Source: Klebsormidium nitens
Lineage: Eukaryota > Plantae > Klebsormidiophyceae
NCBI GenBank assembly: GCA_000708835.1
Contig: DF237098.1
Location: 86,312-150,311, forward strand
Reading direction: 5' to 3'
DNA: 64,000 nt
In this document: positions 13,001 to 23,000 of the stretch, in pieces
Layout: each line of letters starts with the position of its first letter
How positions within the stretch are numbered: the stretch's first letter is position 1
Translations under genes and position numbers: made by a program
Notes under the pieces: generated by a model
Told to the model about the DNA's origin: nothing
Database searches by the model: none
The model's input: the letters and a program-made list of their open reading frames with translations, nothing else

Positions 13001-14013
13001 AACGTGGTGCCCGCATCTCCGAAGCACTGAAGAAAAGGGGCGAAAAAGGTGTTGGCCGTGCCAAAATCTGAAATTTCCAGGTCACGAATGTCAATGAGTG
13101 AGCCTTACGTTTGTGTGAAGAGGGAAGGGGTTAAATGCAGAGGAGAGGGGAGCATGACACCCGATTCGTTAAATGGGCTGAAGTTGAGACACATCACGAG
13201 TCAGATTGATAAAAGCACGGGATCATCTGAGACGGGTCCGTATGCCCACACAACGGCACCAAAGGAGGTGTTGTTTACGACAAACCTGATTGGGGAATTC
13301 GGGGTTGGCAGAGCAGTCACCCTGGGCATCTGCAAGCAAGAAATGAAACGAACAGGCTTAGTGTATAGAGCGGTTGCTCAATTGTCGGAACCGTGTGCGC
13401 CTGAACAAAGATAACCCTCTTTGTGCGGTTGAGGAACGCAGTATCCGAACCATGTGCGCCTGAACAAAGACAACCCTCTTTGTGCGGTCAAGGACCGCAG
13501 CATTTCCTACTCTGACACAGAGGTCCACATACGATGCAGATTTCTTGTGGACTTCTAAAGCCAATATAAGGTACGAAACTAATTTATCCCCTGCGTCCCA
13601 GCTCAGAAAGTGTGGGGACCGAGAATTGTTCGGCAAGAAAGCTCGAGTTGGGTGGTTCCACCCACCAAAAGTAACCCGTTCATATGATTGCCTTTAGGAC
13701 TGAGGGGCTCCCTTTGTCAAACAGTCCAAGTCTGTGATCATCGTCGGACCTTGTAGTTTGAACCGCGGTCGGAGACCTTACAGAAACTTACCCTCCTTGC
13801 TAACGCGCAGATGCTTAAAGCCCCTCACGAAACATACAGCCAAACTTTTGCAAGCGGATCTCACTCATAAAAGTAATCTTCCACGATCAATCTGTAAAAC
13901 TGGGGTTCAGCACCCAAGACAGAAAGCGGAGTCTGGGCGATAAATCGGTCTGACTTACAGGCAAAGCTCGTACTCAGTACCAGTGCAACGAGGGCAAATG
14001 CGGAAGCCTTCAT
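556..14013 (-). CDS. Secreted glycoside hydrolase family 10 (endo-1,4-beta-xylanase-like), plant-type, with a CBM-like beta domain, Pro/Thr linkers and three six-Cys modules
   Basis: Hand-spliced exons, all GT-AG with phases consistent: 14013-13959, 13329-13286, 13026-12876, 12101-12054, 11914-11877, 11250-11114, 10128-9935, 9457-9267, 8489-8312, 7879-7728, 6709-6605, 6040-6000, 5613-5522, 5126-5014, 4484-4191, 3717-3558, 3034-2939, 1979-1942, 1641-1368, 1072-1032, 663-556 (TAA). Signal-peptide-like MKASAFALVALVLSTSFA. GH10 motifs: FENEMKW, RGHNIFW, HWDVNNE (acid/base Glu), NDYN, PIWMSE (nucleophile Glu). Plant GH10-like GCWSLL and QTRTSFPFG. Confidence 0.93.
1543..1979 (-). other. Six-Cys module, copy 2 of the GH10 protein
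   Basis: GTCGGVPGFPNQ|CYSPGGDSFVCCDTSGCGGASGSSATCASNRYP, followed by an (NPTPAPV)n linker. Confidence 0.85.
3221..3284. repeat. Perfect 26-bp inverted repeat (hairpin) with a 12-nt loop in a GH10 intron
   Basis: GGAGCTTTTGGTGGCGACCTTCTAGC (3221-3246) is the exact reverse complement of 3259-3284. Confidence 0.9.
7441..7644. repeat. 60-bp inverted repeat made from a copy of the GH10 exon 10 end and donor site
   Basis: 7441-7500 and the reverse complement of 7585-7644 match at 54 of 60 positions. Both resemble the true junction at 7728. Confidence 0.85.
8720..9340 (-). repeat. Tandem echoes of the GH10 exon 8 3' end plus donor
   Basis: True end at 9267; copies end at 9120, 8986, 8865 and 8726 (GTGCCCAAGAAC..AACGAT..GCCCGCACTGCTGCG). 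Confidence 0.9.
10070..10625 (-). repeat. Tandem echoes of the GH10 exon 7 acceptor plus 5' end
   Basis: TGCAG|CGA(C/T)GG..CCGT starts at 10609, 10451, 10295 and 10128 (true exon). Confidence 0.9.
12521..12550. repeat. Short degenerate telomere-like tract (CCCTAAA)n in a GH10 intron
   Basis: AACCCTAAACCCTAAAATCCTAAAAACCTA. Confidence 0.55.
12928..13329 (-). other. Six-Cys module, copy 1 (N-terminal) of the GH10 protein
   Basis: GDCSANPEFPNQ|CFGDAGTTFVCCDTQSCGLSNGAAATCASGRYP, encoded by exons 13329-13286 and 13026-12876. Confidence 0.85.
13388..13504. repeat. 59-bp tandem duplication in GH10 intron 1
   Basis: GAACC.TGTGCGCCTGAACAAAGA.AACCCTCTTTGTGCGGT starts at 13388 and 13447. Confidence 0.85.
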
Positions 14014-15092
14014 GTTGACGCAGGTCGAGGTTGTGCCAGCTGCCTTCTTACCACCTGCACAATTGAGACTACCTGTCAATAATAGTGAATGCCAACCAGT
14101 CTGACCATACTAGGACCAAGAAGCAAATTGGAATGCAGATCGTGGGGCCCGATCCTATTATAAGATTAGCACAGCAAATTAAGGTGAGGGAGTCAAGCAA
14201 AACCACCATTTTAAATTTCTTTAGGGGCGCCTAGCCTAGGTGCTTGCAAATCATGGTCTTTGAAAAGCATGAGACAAAAAGGCGGTGAGCACAGTGAGCA
14301 ACTCTCAATCACGCGCAGGACAACCAGACATTGTGAAAGGAACTTGAATGCCTGGGGAGTACATCGAGGCACAGTGGAAAACCCAACCTCCAAGACTGAC
14401 GTTAGCCTCTGGTATGAATAGAATGCAGAGAGACGCCAAGCACGGCATGGCGGTCTTGCACTCGAAGAAGCATAGGAGACGTCTCAATGCTTTCACAAAA
14501 GTGCGCACTTGCTTCATTTGATTGTTTGTGAGGGGAGCTGGAACCATTTTTGATTTAGATTCCTTCAAAACTTGTGGGTTCTGAACTGTAGGCCACGCGT
14601 GGAGTCCAATCACATTGACCCACCAGGAAATCCTGAAGTTGAGGGATCCCTCAGGTTGAGAATGTGCATTTCTAACCCTGCTCCACAAAGCTGAGCACAG
14701 CACTCTACTGTCCTCTTTTCTTCATTGAGGATCCCTCAAGTTAAGATTGTGAACGTCCAAACCCACCTTCCCAAATCTAGCCTAGGAACTGATATTCCAG
14801 CAAGTGACCTCAGGTTAAGGGTCTAAGTCTGGAACCTCATCGCCAAAGCTGAACACATGAGGAGTGCCATAACAATGAGGAATGCCTCAGGTTAAGAACG
14901 TGAGTTTCAAGCCCTGCTTGGCTTGCCAGAGGCTCAGCATCGCCCTAACCTCTCAAACTGAACCTCTTCTTCAGCGGACCCTTTGATAGCGAACCCAAGA
15001 TAAGCAATGCCATGGACGACGCAGACCATAGAGAAAGGGGCGTAAGCTGACCAAAGCCCAGCCTATCCTCTCTTTCCTGGTTTTGAAAGTTT

Positions 15093-15286
15093 CGGCATCG
15101 GGTGAGAGATAAAGAGTGTGTGTGATTGGCTGATGAGTGGCAGGTGTTTTGTGGGATGTCCGTTAAAACCGACTAGATTGAAGGCATGACGGCATCGGGT
15201 GAGAGATAAAGGGTGTGTGTGATTGGCTGATGAGTGGCAGGTGTTTTGTGGGATGTCCGTTAAAACCGACTAGATTGAAGGCATGA
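15093..15286. repeat. Near-perfect 97-bp tandem duplication
   Basis: CGGCATCGGGTGAGAGATAAAG...GAAGGCATGA at 15093 and 15190, one mismatch. Confidence 0.92.
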
Positions 15287-18200
15287 GTGCAAGGGAGCAC
15301 ATTCAAAAGGTTACACCTTGTAGAGCGAAGATCGGAGAGCAAACAATCTTGTTGAAGACCAATGGAGAGACAGGGTTATGGTGACAGAGCACCGAAGTAG
15401 CTTCTCCTTCTTGCAGCGCGTGCCAGTGCTTGGTTCCTCTATCCGTTTGCAGGCAAAGGAAATGACATCTTTATCAGTGCTACCGTCTGCATTTCTGATA
15501 CTTTCAGTTGAAGCTCGATGAGCCGCCACCACACAGTTGCCTCAATCCATCATTGGTTGTGACAAAAGCACGTTCTAGAATGTGGGGAAGGCTTGAAGTA
15601 AAGCTCGCACCTTTTCCACACTTCATGGCAGATTCAGAGATTGCAGGCAGCATCTGTCTGGAAAAAAAATCAGTACTCGATTGCATTACAGGAATGAACC
15701 ACATTGGAAAAGCGCAAGAGCAAAAATTGTTCTAGATGATTGGAGATACTTGCTAAGGTCAATGCTCTGCACAGATGCTTTGGTCGCAAGAATGCAAAAT
15801 CTGAAGAGCAATGCTGATGTCCCTATTGAACTGTTGATAGTGGCGCCAGTATGGCGACATCAGAAGAAGCTTCAGATATTGAGGATTGACAATCATTCCA
15901 AGAAAACGTTTCCACCGCCGATTCCAAGGACAGGCCGTCAATTACGAGGACATGTGTCTGGCTGCCATCTCAATCAGCTTGTTACATTTGTCTGCCTTCT
16001 GACTTTGCCACCTTTTGCTACTGTGTAATGGAAGAACTGCTTGGTTTGAACACTCATTGAAAGACAGCTCAGAAACGAGGCTCGGGGCAGAGGGTTTTCT
16101 GAGCACCACTCTTCTCAAAAGTGCTTTGGCATCAACCTTTTCCGAAAGCTCTCACACAGCAATCTCCTTGGTGGTTGAACCATGAGCGTCTATGGCGCCA
16201 CTCTGAAGACGAGAACTGTTGTTGGGAAATCAATGACCCTTCAATCAACCATCATCAAGAGATGCAAGAGGACACCCAAAAATGGACCCACATGGGTTTG
16301 GTTTACAATGCAATGCAATGCTGTCAGAATGCGCGGCGTTTGCAATATTGGATGCCAAATTGGATCTAAGATCACAAAGCACAAGCCCTTGCGGTGGCAA
16401 TGCAAGCCTGGTCATTGACAAAAGACTAGCCCGCTTCATCTCTTGAAGTAGAAAGGAGTTACGCCTTGCAGCATCTTGTCATCCAAATGAGTTCTTGACA
16501 CAGAACCATGGAAGAGGGCACAGGGAGAGCACAGGGAGATGACATAGTCCCATTATATCTCGAAAAAGGAGCTCACATTCACTTGCACTCCCTATATTTG
16601 TCTGCCCTTTCGGTGTCCTTGTGGGCAAGAAAGATCTGGGCTCCGCAAGTGGCAGTTCGACCCAAATGCGCCCCAGAAAGGAAGACAGCCTTTCTTCAAA
16701 TGAAACTTTTCAAGCAGCTCATGATATGCCCTATGCAATGTCCTTCTTTTAAAAAATCGGGCGTCCTCATTTGAGATCTGGCAGTCAACTTCAGACCACA
16801 AGCAGCAATCATACAATCCAAATGCTGCTTCTACATTCTGAACCCCCGACAGTCGCCAATAACAGAGCGTGAGACACACATCCGCCACACGTAGCTGCCA
16901 CCAAAATGCTGATGTCATTCACCAGCATTTCGCAGGCGCCTCCCAGCACACCGCTTGAAGGGGCCTGCCACCTTTCCCAGAAAACATAATGCTGATGTTA
17001 CATGATCCACAGCAAGCCCTCACCTCAAGGGAGGAGCGCCCGCTAGTGCTGCCACCTGTTCCCCTCACTTGCGCAGGGTATGCGCTTCCGCGTAGTTTGC
17101 TTGGCGCATCAGCGAGAACAGCGCCCTCTTCTTCTTTTGGGAATGACTAGGGAATGAGACTACCGGTCGTGGACCTCAGCGCTGACCTGCTGAGTCCTGA
17201 CCTGCTTGTACACGCCGGTTGCTGCCCTTCACTTCCCCTCAAAACAACGTGCAGGGAAAAGCCTGTCACAACTTGAAGGGCGGCTTGCGAAGGGGCTGAT
17301 GATTGGTGCACGTCGCACGATATGCCGATTGGGTTCCAACGCTACATGCCAAATGGTACCGGGAACGTGTTTCTCGGACCAGTAAGCTTCACACAGTTGA
17401 TTCTGACGCGATATGTATCAGATGTAAGCGTTTTAACAGTGTCAAGGTGAGTGGAAATTCAGTTCGTGTGCACGTGTACACAACTGCTGGGTACATCACG
17501 ACATATACATGATGTACCTCAGTGCACAGCGCAGTGTGCACTGTGCCGACTCCAGAGCGAATCTCTCAGTCAAACACTATTCGACAACCAAGAAGCCGCC
17601 ACGTGTACCGTCGATATCGCTTTTCAGATTCCGGGAAACGAACATTCAACGTACTCAACAGTCAACTGGATTGAGGATGACGTCCTTCCGTACAACCATG
17701 TACGATGCAACACTTGCAGACTGCAGTGTGCAGCGTGCACAATGCAACAGTGCAACAGTGCAACTTGCAAGTCGACTGTCGGACTCAGTTGCCAGTGGCC
17801 ACCGTCTCTTGGCGCGGCCGTACTTGGCGACTGTGCGACAACGTGCGAAAACCTCTTGTTTTCCCTTTCCGGGCGGTCCGAGGATGCCGACCCCCGAGTG
17901 CCATTGCGCCTTCCCATCTGTCCTTCCGCGCACCATTCAGCCGGCCTGCATGGATCTAAAACTGGTGACCCGTGGCCGTGGGTCCGTAAAGCGGATACAG
18001 CGGATCGCCAGTTTCTACCGGTAAGCATTTTTTGCGTCGCCAAGAATGTGGCACAGTGCCATGCTTTGCGAATCTTTGACGTGAACGAGACAGTTAGCGG
18101 TACCTACCTACATCATCAAGTGTTTTGCAACTGGTACCTACATGCATTAAATGGTCTCCAACCGGCGAACCTCCCAACATCGGTGACCCCCCCACCCCGT

Positions 18201-18383
18201 CGATAAATCTTGTCCAAAAGGTCCGTCAATGGAGATTGGTACTGAATCGACGGCGCGCAATTTCGAAACGACCGGTACCGCTTCCCGGGGGTAAAGGTCG
18301 GCCACCCCCCACAGACCGGTGCGTACCGCGCTGGTGATGAAGGAAGATTCCGCGTACATAGGTGGTAGTACAGGTGCACGGTA

Positions 18384-18657
18384 CAACGTGATGATTCCGA
18401 ATAATTAAATAATTATCTGCATTTGGAAAGTCAGAAATTCGGATTTCCCTTTCGGAAAGTGATAATTCGGAAAGGTAAAATAACTTTGAAATGGTCCTCA
18501 GAAGCCGTAAAACTGCCGAAAACAGCCAAAAACTCCCCTTTTGAGTGAGACCATAGGGCATTCGGATTTTGGTCGGAATCAGCATAAATAATTCCACTTT
18601 CCTGGTCGGATTGTTGGAAAATAATTCGAAATAAAATCGTTCGGAATCATCACGTTG
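18384..18657. mobile_element. MITE-like non-autonomous element
   Basis: Perfect 18-bp terminal inverted repeats: CAACGTGATGATTCCGAA (18384-18401) and TTCGGAATCATCACGTTG (18640-18657). AT-rich interior with recurring (T)TCGGA motifs. No clear TSD. Confidence 0.65.
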
Positions 18658-19877
18658 AGCTACGGTAGTAGGCCGCTGTATGTACGACAATTGGCGGGCA
18701 CATAGATTTCGATCTCTGACAGGTTTATAAGCTCTACGAAGACAGAGGTCAAGCCCGGAGAACGGGTGGGGTTGAGACGGTGGTTAACAGGGCCTGTTTG
18801 GCTGTGATGCCTGAGAAAGTTAAGGTCAATTGTTTGGGTTTGTCGTGCCCGGTATAATGACCACACCAGATTTGGAGCTTATACTACCTGATCAGAATTC
18901 GAGACTCGTCAGGAAAGGCTGCGTGTAGCCGGCGGAGATCGAGAAAGCGGCTTTTTCTCCCTGCATTTTTTTTAGCCGACCAAGAGACAGCTTCTACTTC
19001 AAGTTTGTGTGTTCCATGAAAGAACCTTCGCACCTGTATCGCGTGCAGGCGGCTGCATTGCTGCACACTCTGCGCGCACTGCGTGGACATGCGAGCTCTG
19101 AACAGCTAGCTTCCCAATGGAATGGACAATGCTTGGATATGTTCGCAGCCAATGCAACTAGGTACCAGCAGCTAGACAAGCCTTTTCTCCTGCCAATCTT
19201 AGCAGCCAGACCTTCTTAGCTTCCTCCTAGCTTGCAGTTGGCATTCAGAGTTTGCAAGCGCCTGCGATAAACTCTCAAGACCAGCTGCAGCTGCCAGCAG
19301 CTGCAAAGCAAGCACACAAGTGCTCCATCTCACTTCGAACTCCGTGTGCAGCTGCCTTCCTTTGAAGGGGAGAACTACGGAGGTGCAACGGACCGTGAAT
19401 TGATACAGGACTTGTGGGCTCAATGGTGGCAGCTATGCTGACAGTCTTCATTGGCGGCATTGCACAGACAAAGCAGATGGTTGGGAGCTGCCTCTGCTAA
19501 CACAAACAGCATTCTAGCGAGCAAACTCGATCCTGTCGCGTACAGCCAGAACAAGCAATTGCACCGTTCCGCATGTCAAGGCTCAGAGTCACGATTTGCC
19601 TGCCAGAAGAACGAATCTGCCGTGTAACATTTTCAAGCTGTCGCAGAGGTAGTGCCCGGGTCCAAGGAAGATGCTACACTTGAGCTGAACACCAGATCCT
19701 CTTTCAGCGGTTGCAGCACGGCCCTTCGCATCTGTTGGTGTCCGGCGGTCAGTAGCTGAGCTCAAGTTTACCAATCAATTGAGTGGCCCCTTGTCCTCAG
19801 CGTCACGTTTGGAGCCCTCTTGAGCTCTGAATAATCAACATTGCATTTGAGCAGGAAATCGATCTATCTTACTCATC

Positions 19878-19976
19878 ACCTCCCCAATGAGAGCTAGTCT
19901 GCGAGTTCCAGCTGATGAGCCGCACGTGCAAGACGGTATTTTCCACAAAAAAAAAAAAAAACCTCCCCAATGAGAG
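19878..19976 (+). mobile_element. Short retroposed (TPRT-type) insertion: 53 nt plus poly(A), with a 16-bp target-site duplication
   Basis: ACCTCCCCAATGAGAG occurs at 19878-19893 and 19961-19976, flanking ctagtc...ttccac and an A-run at 19947-19961. Confidence 0.8.
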
Positions 19977-20092
19977 GAGGAGAATCAAAGAGAGCCCAAA
20001 CACCTCACACCATGTCCGCCATTGATTACTCTTGAAGCTCTCTAAACCCCTGCTAAACCTTGTCAAAACCAAGTCTCCCCATCCCCCCAAAA

Positions 20093-23000
20093 ATGGCCGC
20101 CCTCCGTCCTGATGGCACAATGGCCCCCGCACAGGGTCGCAAACCACTCGTCCCAATCACCGAAACCCCTTCCCAGGGGGGTCCCGCAAACCTCGCAGCA
20201 GAAACCCCCTCCGCTAGCGACGTCCAAGACCACTTCTCTCAAGAGATGCCAGATCGTCTGAGCAAGTACTATGAGCGGTCGCCAAGCCTGGCGCCGTCTT
20301 ACTTCAAGAGGGGGGGAGTTCAAACGGGTTTGGGGGAGGTTAACGGTGGAGTTAGCGGAGATCCTGAGTACTATAGGAGCCTGGGCAAGGCGGCGCAAGC
20401 GGCGTTGATCCACCTGATCATGAAGTATCATGAGGTGAGGTGCGGCTGCTGAACAGGGTTAAGAAGCTGGTTAAGGATGGAATGGAATTGTGAGTCTGGG
20501 AGTGCACTTGATGTGCCTGGTTGGCGTTTGGATCGACATGATCGATGGTTGTTCCAGGACCGACGCTCAAAATGTTGCTCAGACGACAGCTTCGATGCTA
20601 GAAACTATGACTTGGGTTGCTTACAGAAAGCCTGAGCGGCAAGATTGCTTACAGAAAGCCTGAGCGGCAACATGCGCCACAAAACCAACATTCAAACAAA
20701 GGGGCACAAGCCATGCAGGAGAGTGCACTTACAATAACCATGCATGCTTTACAGGAAACTTCTCGACTGCGCTCGCTGTTGAGAAACCCACCACAAGACC
20801 CTTTCACTCCTTTGATCAGCAAGCTGAAGGGAGGCTTCAACAGGTTTCACAATTGCCGGTGGTGTTCTCGGATGGGTCAGATCAAATTTTGTTTAGTTAG
20901 TAAGCGGCCAACGTCCAGCACAGTCAATTTTGGCGAGAAGTTTGCGGGCCATCAAGTTTGGGAATGCATGCAGCGGTTCTAACCCCAAACCTAACCCCTT
21001 TTGCAGACCCTCCTTCAAAAAGGGCTGACGGCCGAGGCTGAGAAAATTTCGAGCTCTTTGAAGGCTCTGAGAGATGACCCTATCGGCGACGCAAATAAGG
21101 AACTTACGGGGATGGATCTCTTGATGAAGGACGGTCTTCTGCAATACATGCTCAAGATCGGACCCTTGTTGCCGACACTCCCCGCTCAGGTCCGTTCTCC
21201 TGCTTCTTGCCAAGCAGGCCCTTACTGCTCTTGGCGTCGCATTTGTCAACCCACTTTTCAGCTTTATGATGCGGTCCGCTATAACGATCTACCGAACGCC
21301 TTTGTATTCTCAATCAGAGGGCTCAATTTTAGGAACCAAGCTCCACCTATCGTACCATCAGAAGATCCACCCCCCGACTAAATGGCGCCAACAAGCCGCC
21401 GTTCAGGCCCGTGCCAAAAAGTTACGTTGAGATGCCTACAGCCGGTGACATGTTGTCAACAGTAAAGCTCCATTTCGTACCTAAGACATAAATGACGCCT
21501 AAAGGTCCTGTGTCAAATCGGCGTCTTTCAGTCGCTCACGACATAAATGGTGCTGTTTTGATGCCAAACAAGTGCGTCAATCGGCATCCATCTGGTGGGC
21601 ACCTTTCTGGCCCATCAAGAGTACAAATCTTTCGGGGGGGTGAATTTCTGATGACCAGATCGCAAGTTTCATACATGAGGTTCTCTCTTGGCAACTGGGA
21701 TTTGTGTGCATCAGTATTGAGATGAGGGGAAGGAGACAAAAACGACGGATAATTGAGTACTTGTGTTTGGTGACATCAGGTTTTTTGGTTCTATGTCCTG
21801 GCAACCGTGGATATTCCCCCCATCAATGGGACATGAGATTGGACGGTTATGCTGTAAAAAGACGAGTATGCTGAAAGCCGAGAAAATGAGGAGACTCTCG
21901 CAACACGCGCTCCGTGGCCGACCCTTCTCTCTCTGTTTCTGTCCTTAAACTTATTATATTCGTTGTGAAGCTCCATTGCGTTTACCAGATAGAGGTGAGG
22001 AGCGAGTAAACAGAGGTGTGTCGGGCCCTTGAGACTGGCAAATGAAAAAGAATCTTTCTTCGTCACGGATCATATCCTTCAGCTGTTCAACGATAGGGAC
22101 AAGTGAGAGCGGGTGATTAAGTTATGAGGAACTCCGCTCCACTGCTGCAACTCCGTTGGCCTTCTTCCCAAAACAGCAGATTATGTGATCTATCCAGTAC
22201 AGTAGTCTCGATTTCATCTTGAGTGACGGTTATGTTTATTGTGGTCACGCCCCTGGGACGGGTCGAGCCCATAGTACGGTGGTTTGGATGAGTACTGGTG
22301 CGGAGCATGTTGACCTTGGGTTTAGGGTTGTCGTTTGCACTTCAATCGAGTCCGGGGAATTGATTCAACTAGCTCCACGTAGGCCTAACTCAACGTTCAA
22401 GACATACACTCATCAAACTTTCTCCCGCTAACCAGGTGGTCACCTTCAAGAACCTGAGCTACTCATCCAAGGTGACGTTCACAAAGGGGACGTACGAAAC
22501 TGTCGGCACTCAGGTGGGCAGTAATTTCGACTCTGGCTACTTCTCCCCACTCGGTATGCGACTCGAAACCGTTTCCAACTATCAAGATGAGGTCTGAGCC
22601 GTCAAAGCGCAGCGCAGCCCTTTACTAGTCTTGTATCGACCTCTGGCGAGATGAATACTCCTTGGTTTCATTTTGGGCCCGGCCCATCTCCTAGTCTGTT
22701 TTGCAGTTCCATAGGTGTTCCAAAGGTGGCAATATGCAAAGTATTTCGCTCGACGAGCCCGGTTATGGGATTTCGATGATGTCAGCTAATGCTTCCGTAT
22801 CAAAAACTGGCTTTCTCCGCCCATCCGTTATTCGTCTTTCATTGAAACCCTGAAACTGAGGTGATCAGATCGGCATCGTCGATAACGCTGATAGTTCATC
22901 CTACGTCTCCCCATGTCCCCAGGTAATTGGTCTCGGGACCCAGTTCGTCACGAAGAAGACCACAGGTGACGTGGACATCCTCAAAAACGTCACGGGCTAC

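Noticed and set aside
15300-16920. Possible decayed transposase (e.g. KDZ/CxC type) or LINE fragment
   Set aside because: Only vague hints (NIGCQ, SPWW) in short broken ORFs; not supportable without a profile search.
17451-18206. 251-aa Cys-rich ORF
   Set aside because: Cys richness follows from TGCA/CAGTG low-complexity DNA, several overlapping frames are equally open, and there is no recognisable motif or splice structure.
19905-19945. Hammerhead ribozyme in the retroposed insert (CTGATGAG)
   Set aside because: The required GAAA after stem II and the stem I/III pairing are absent.
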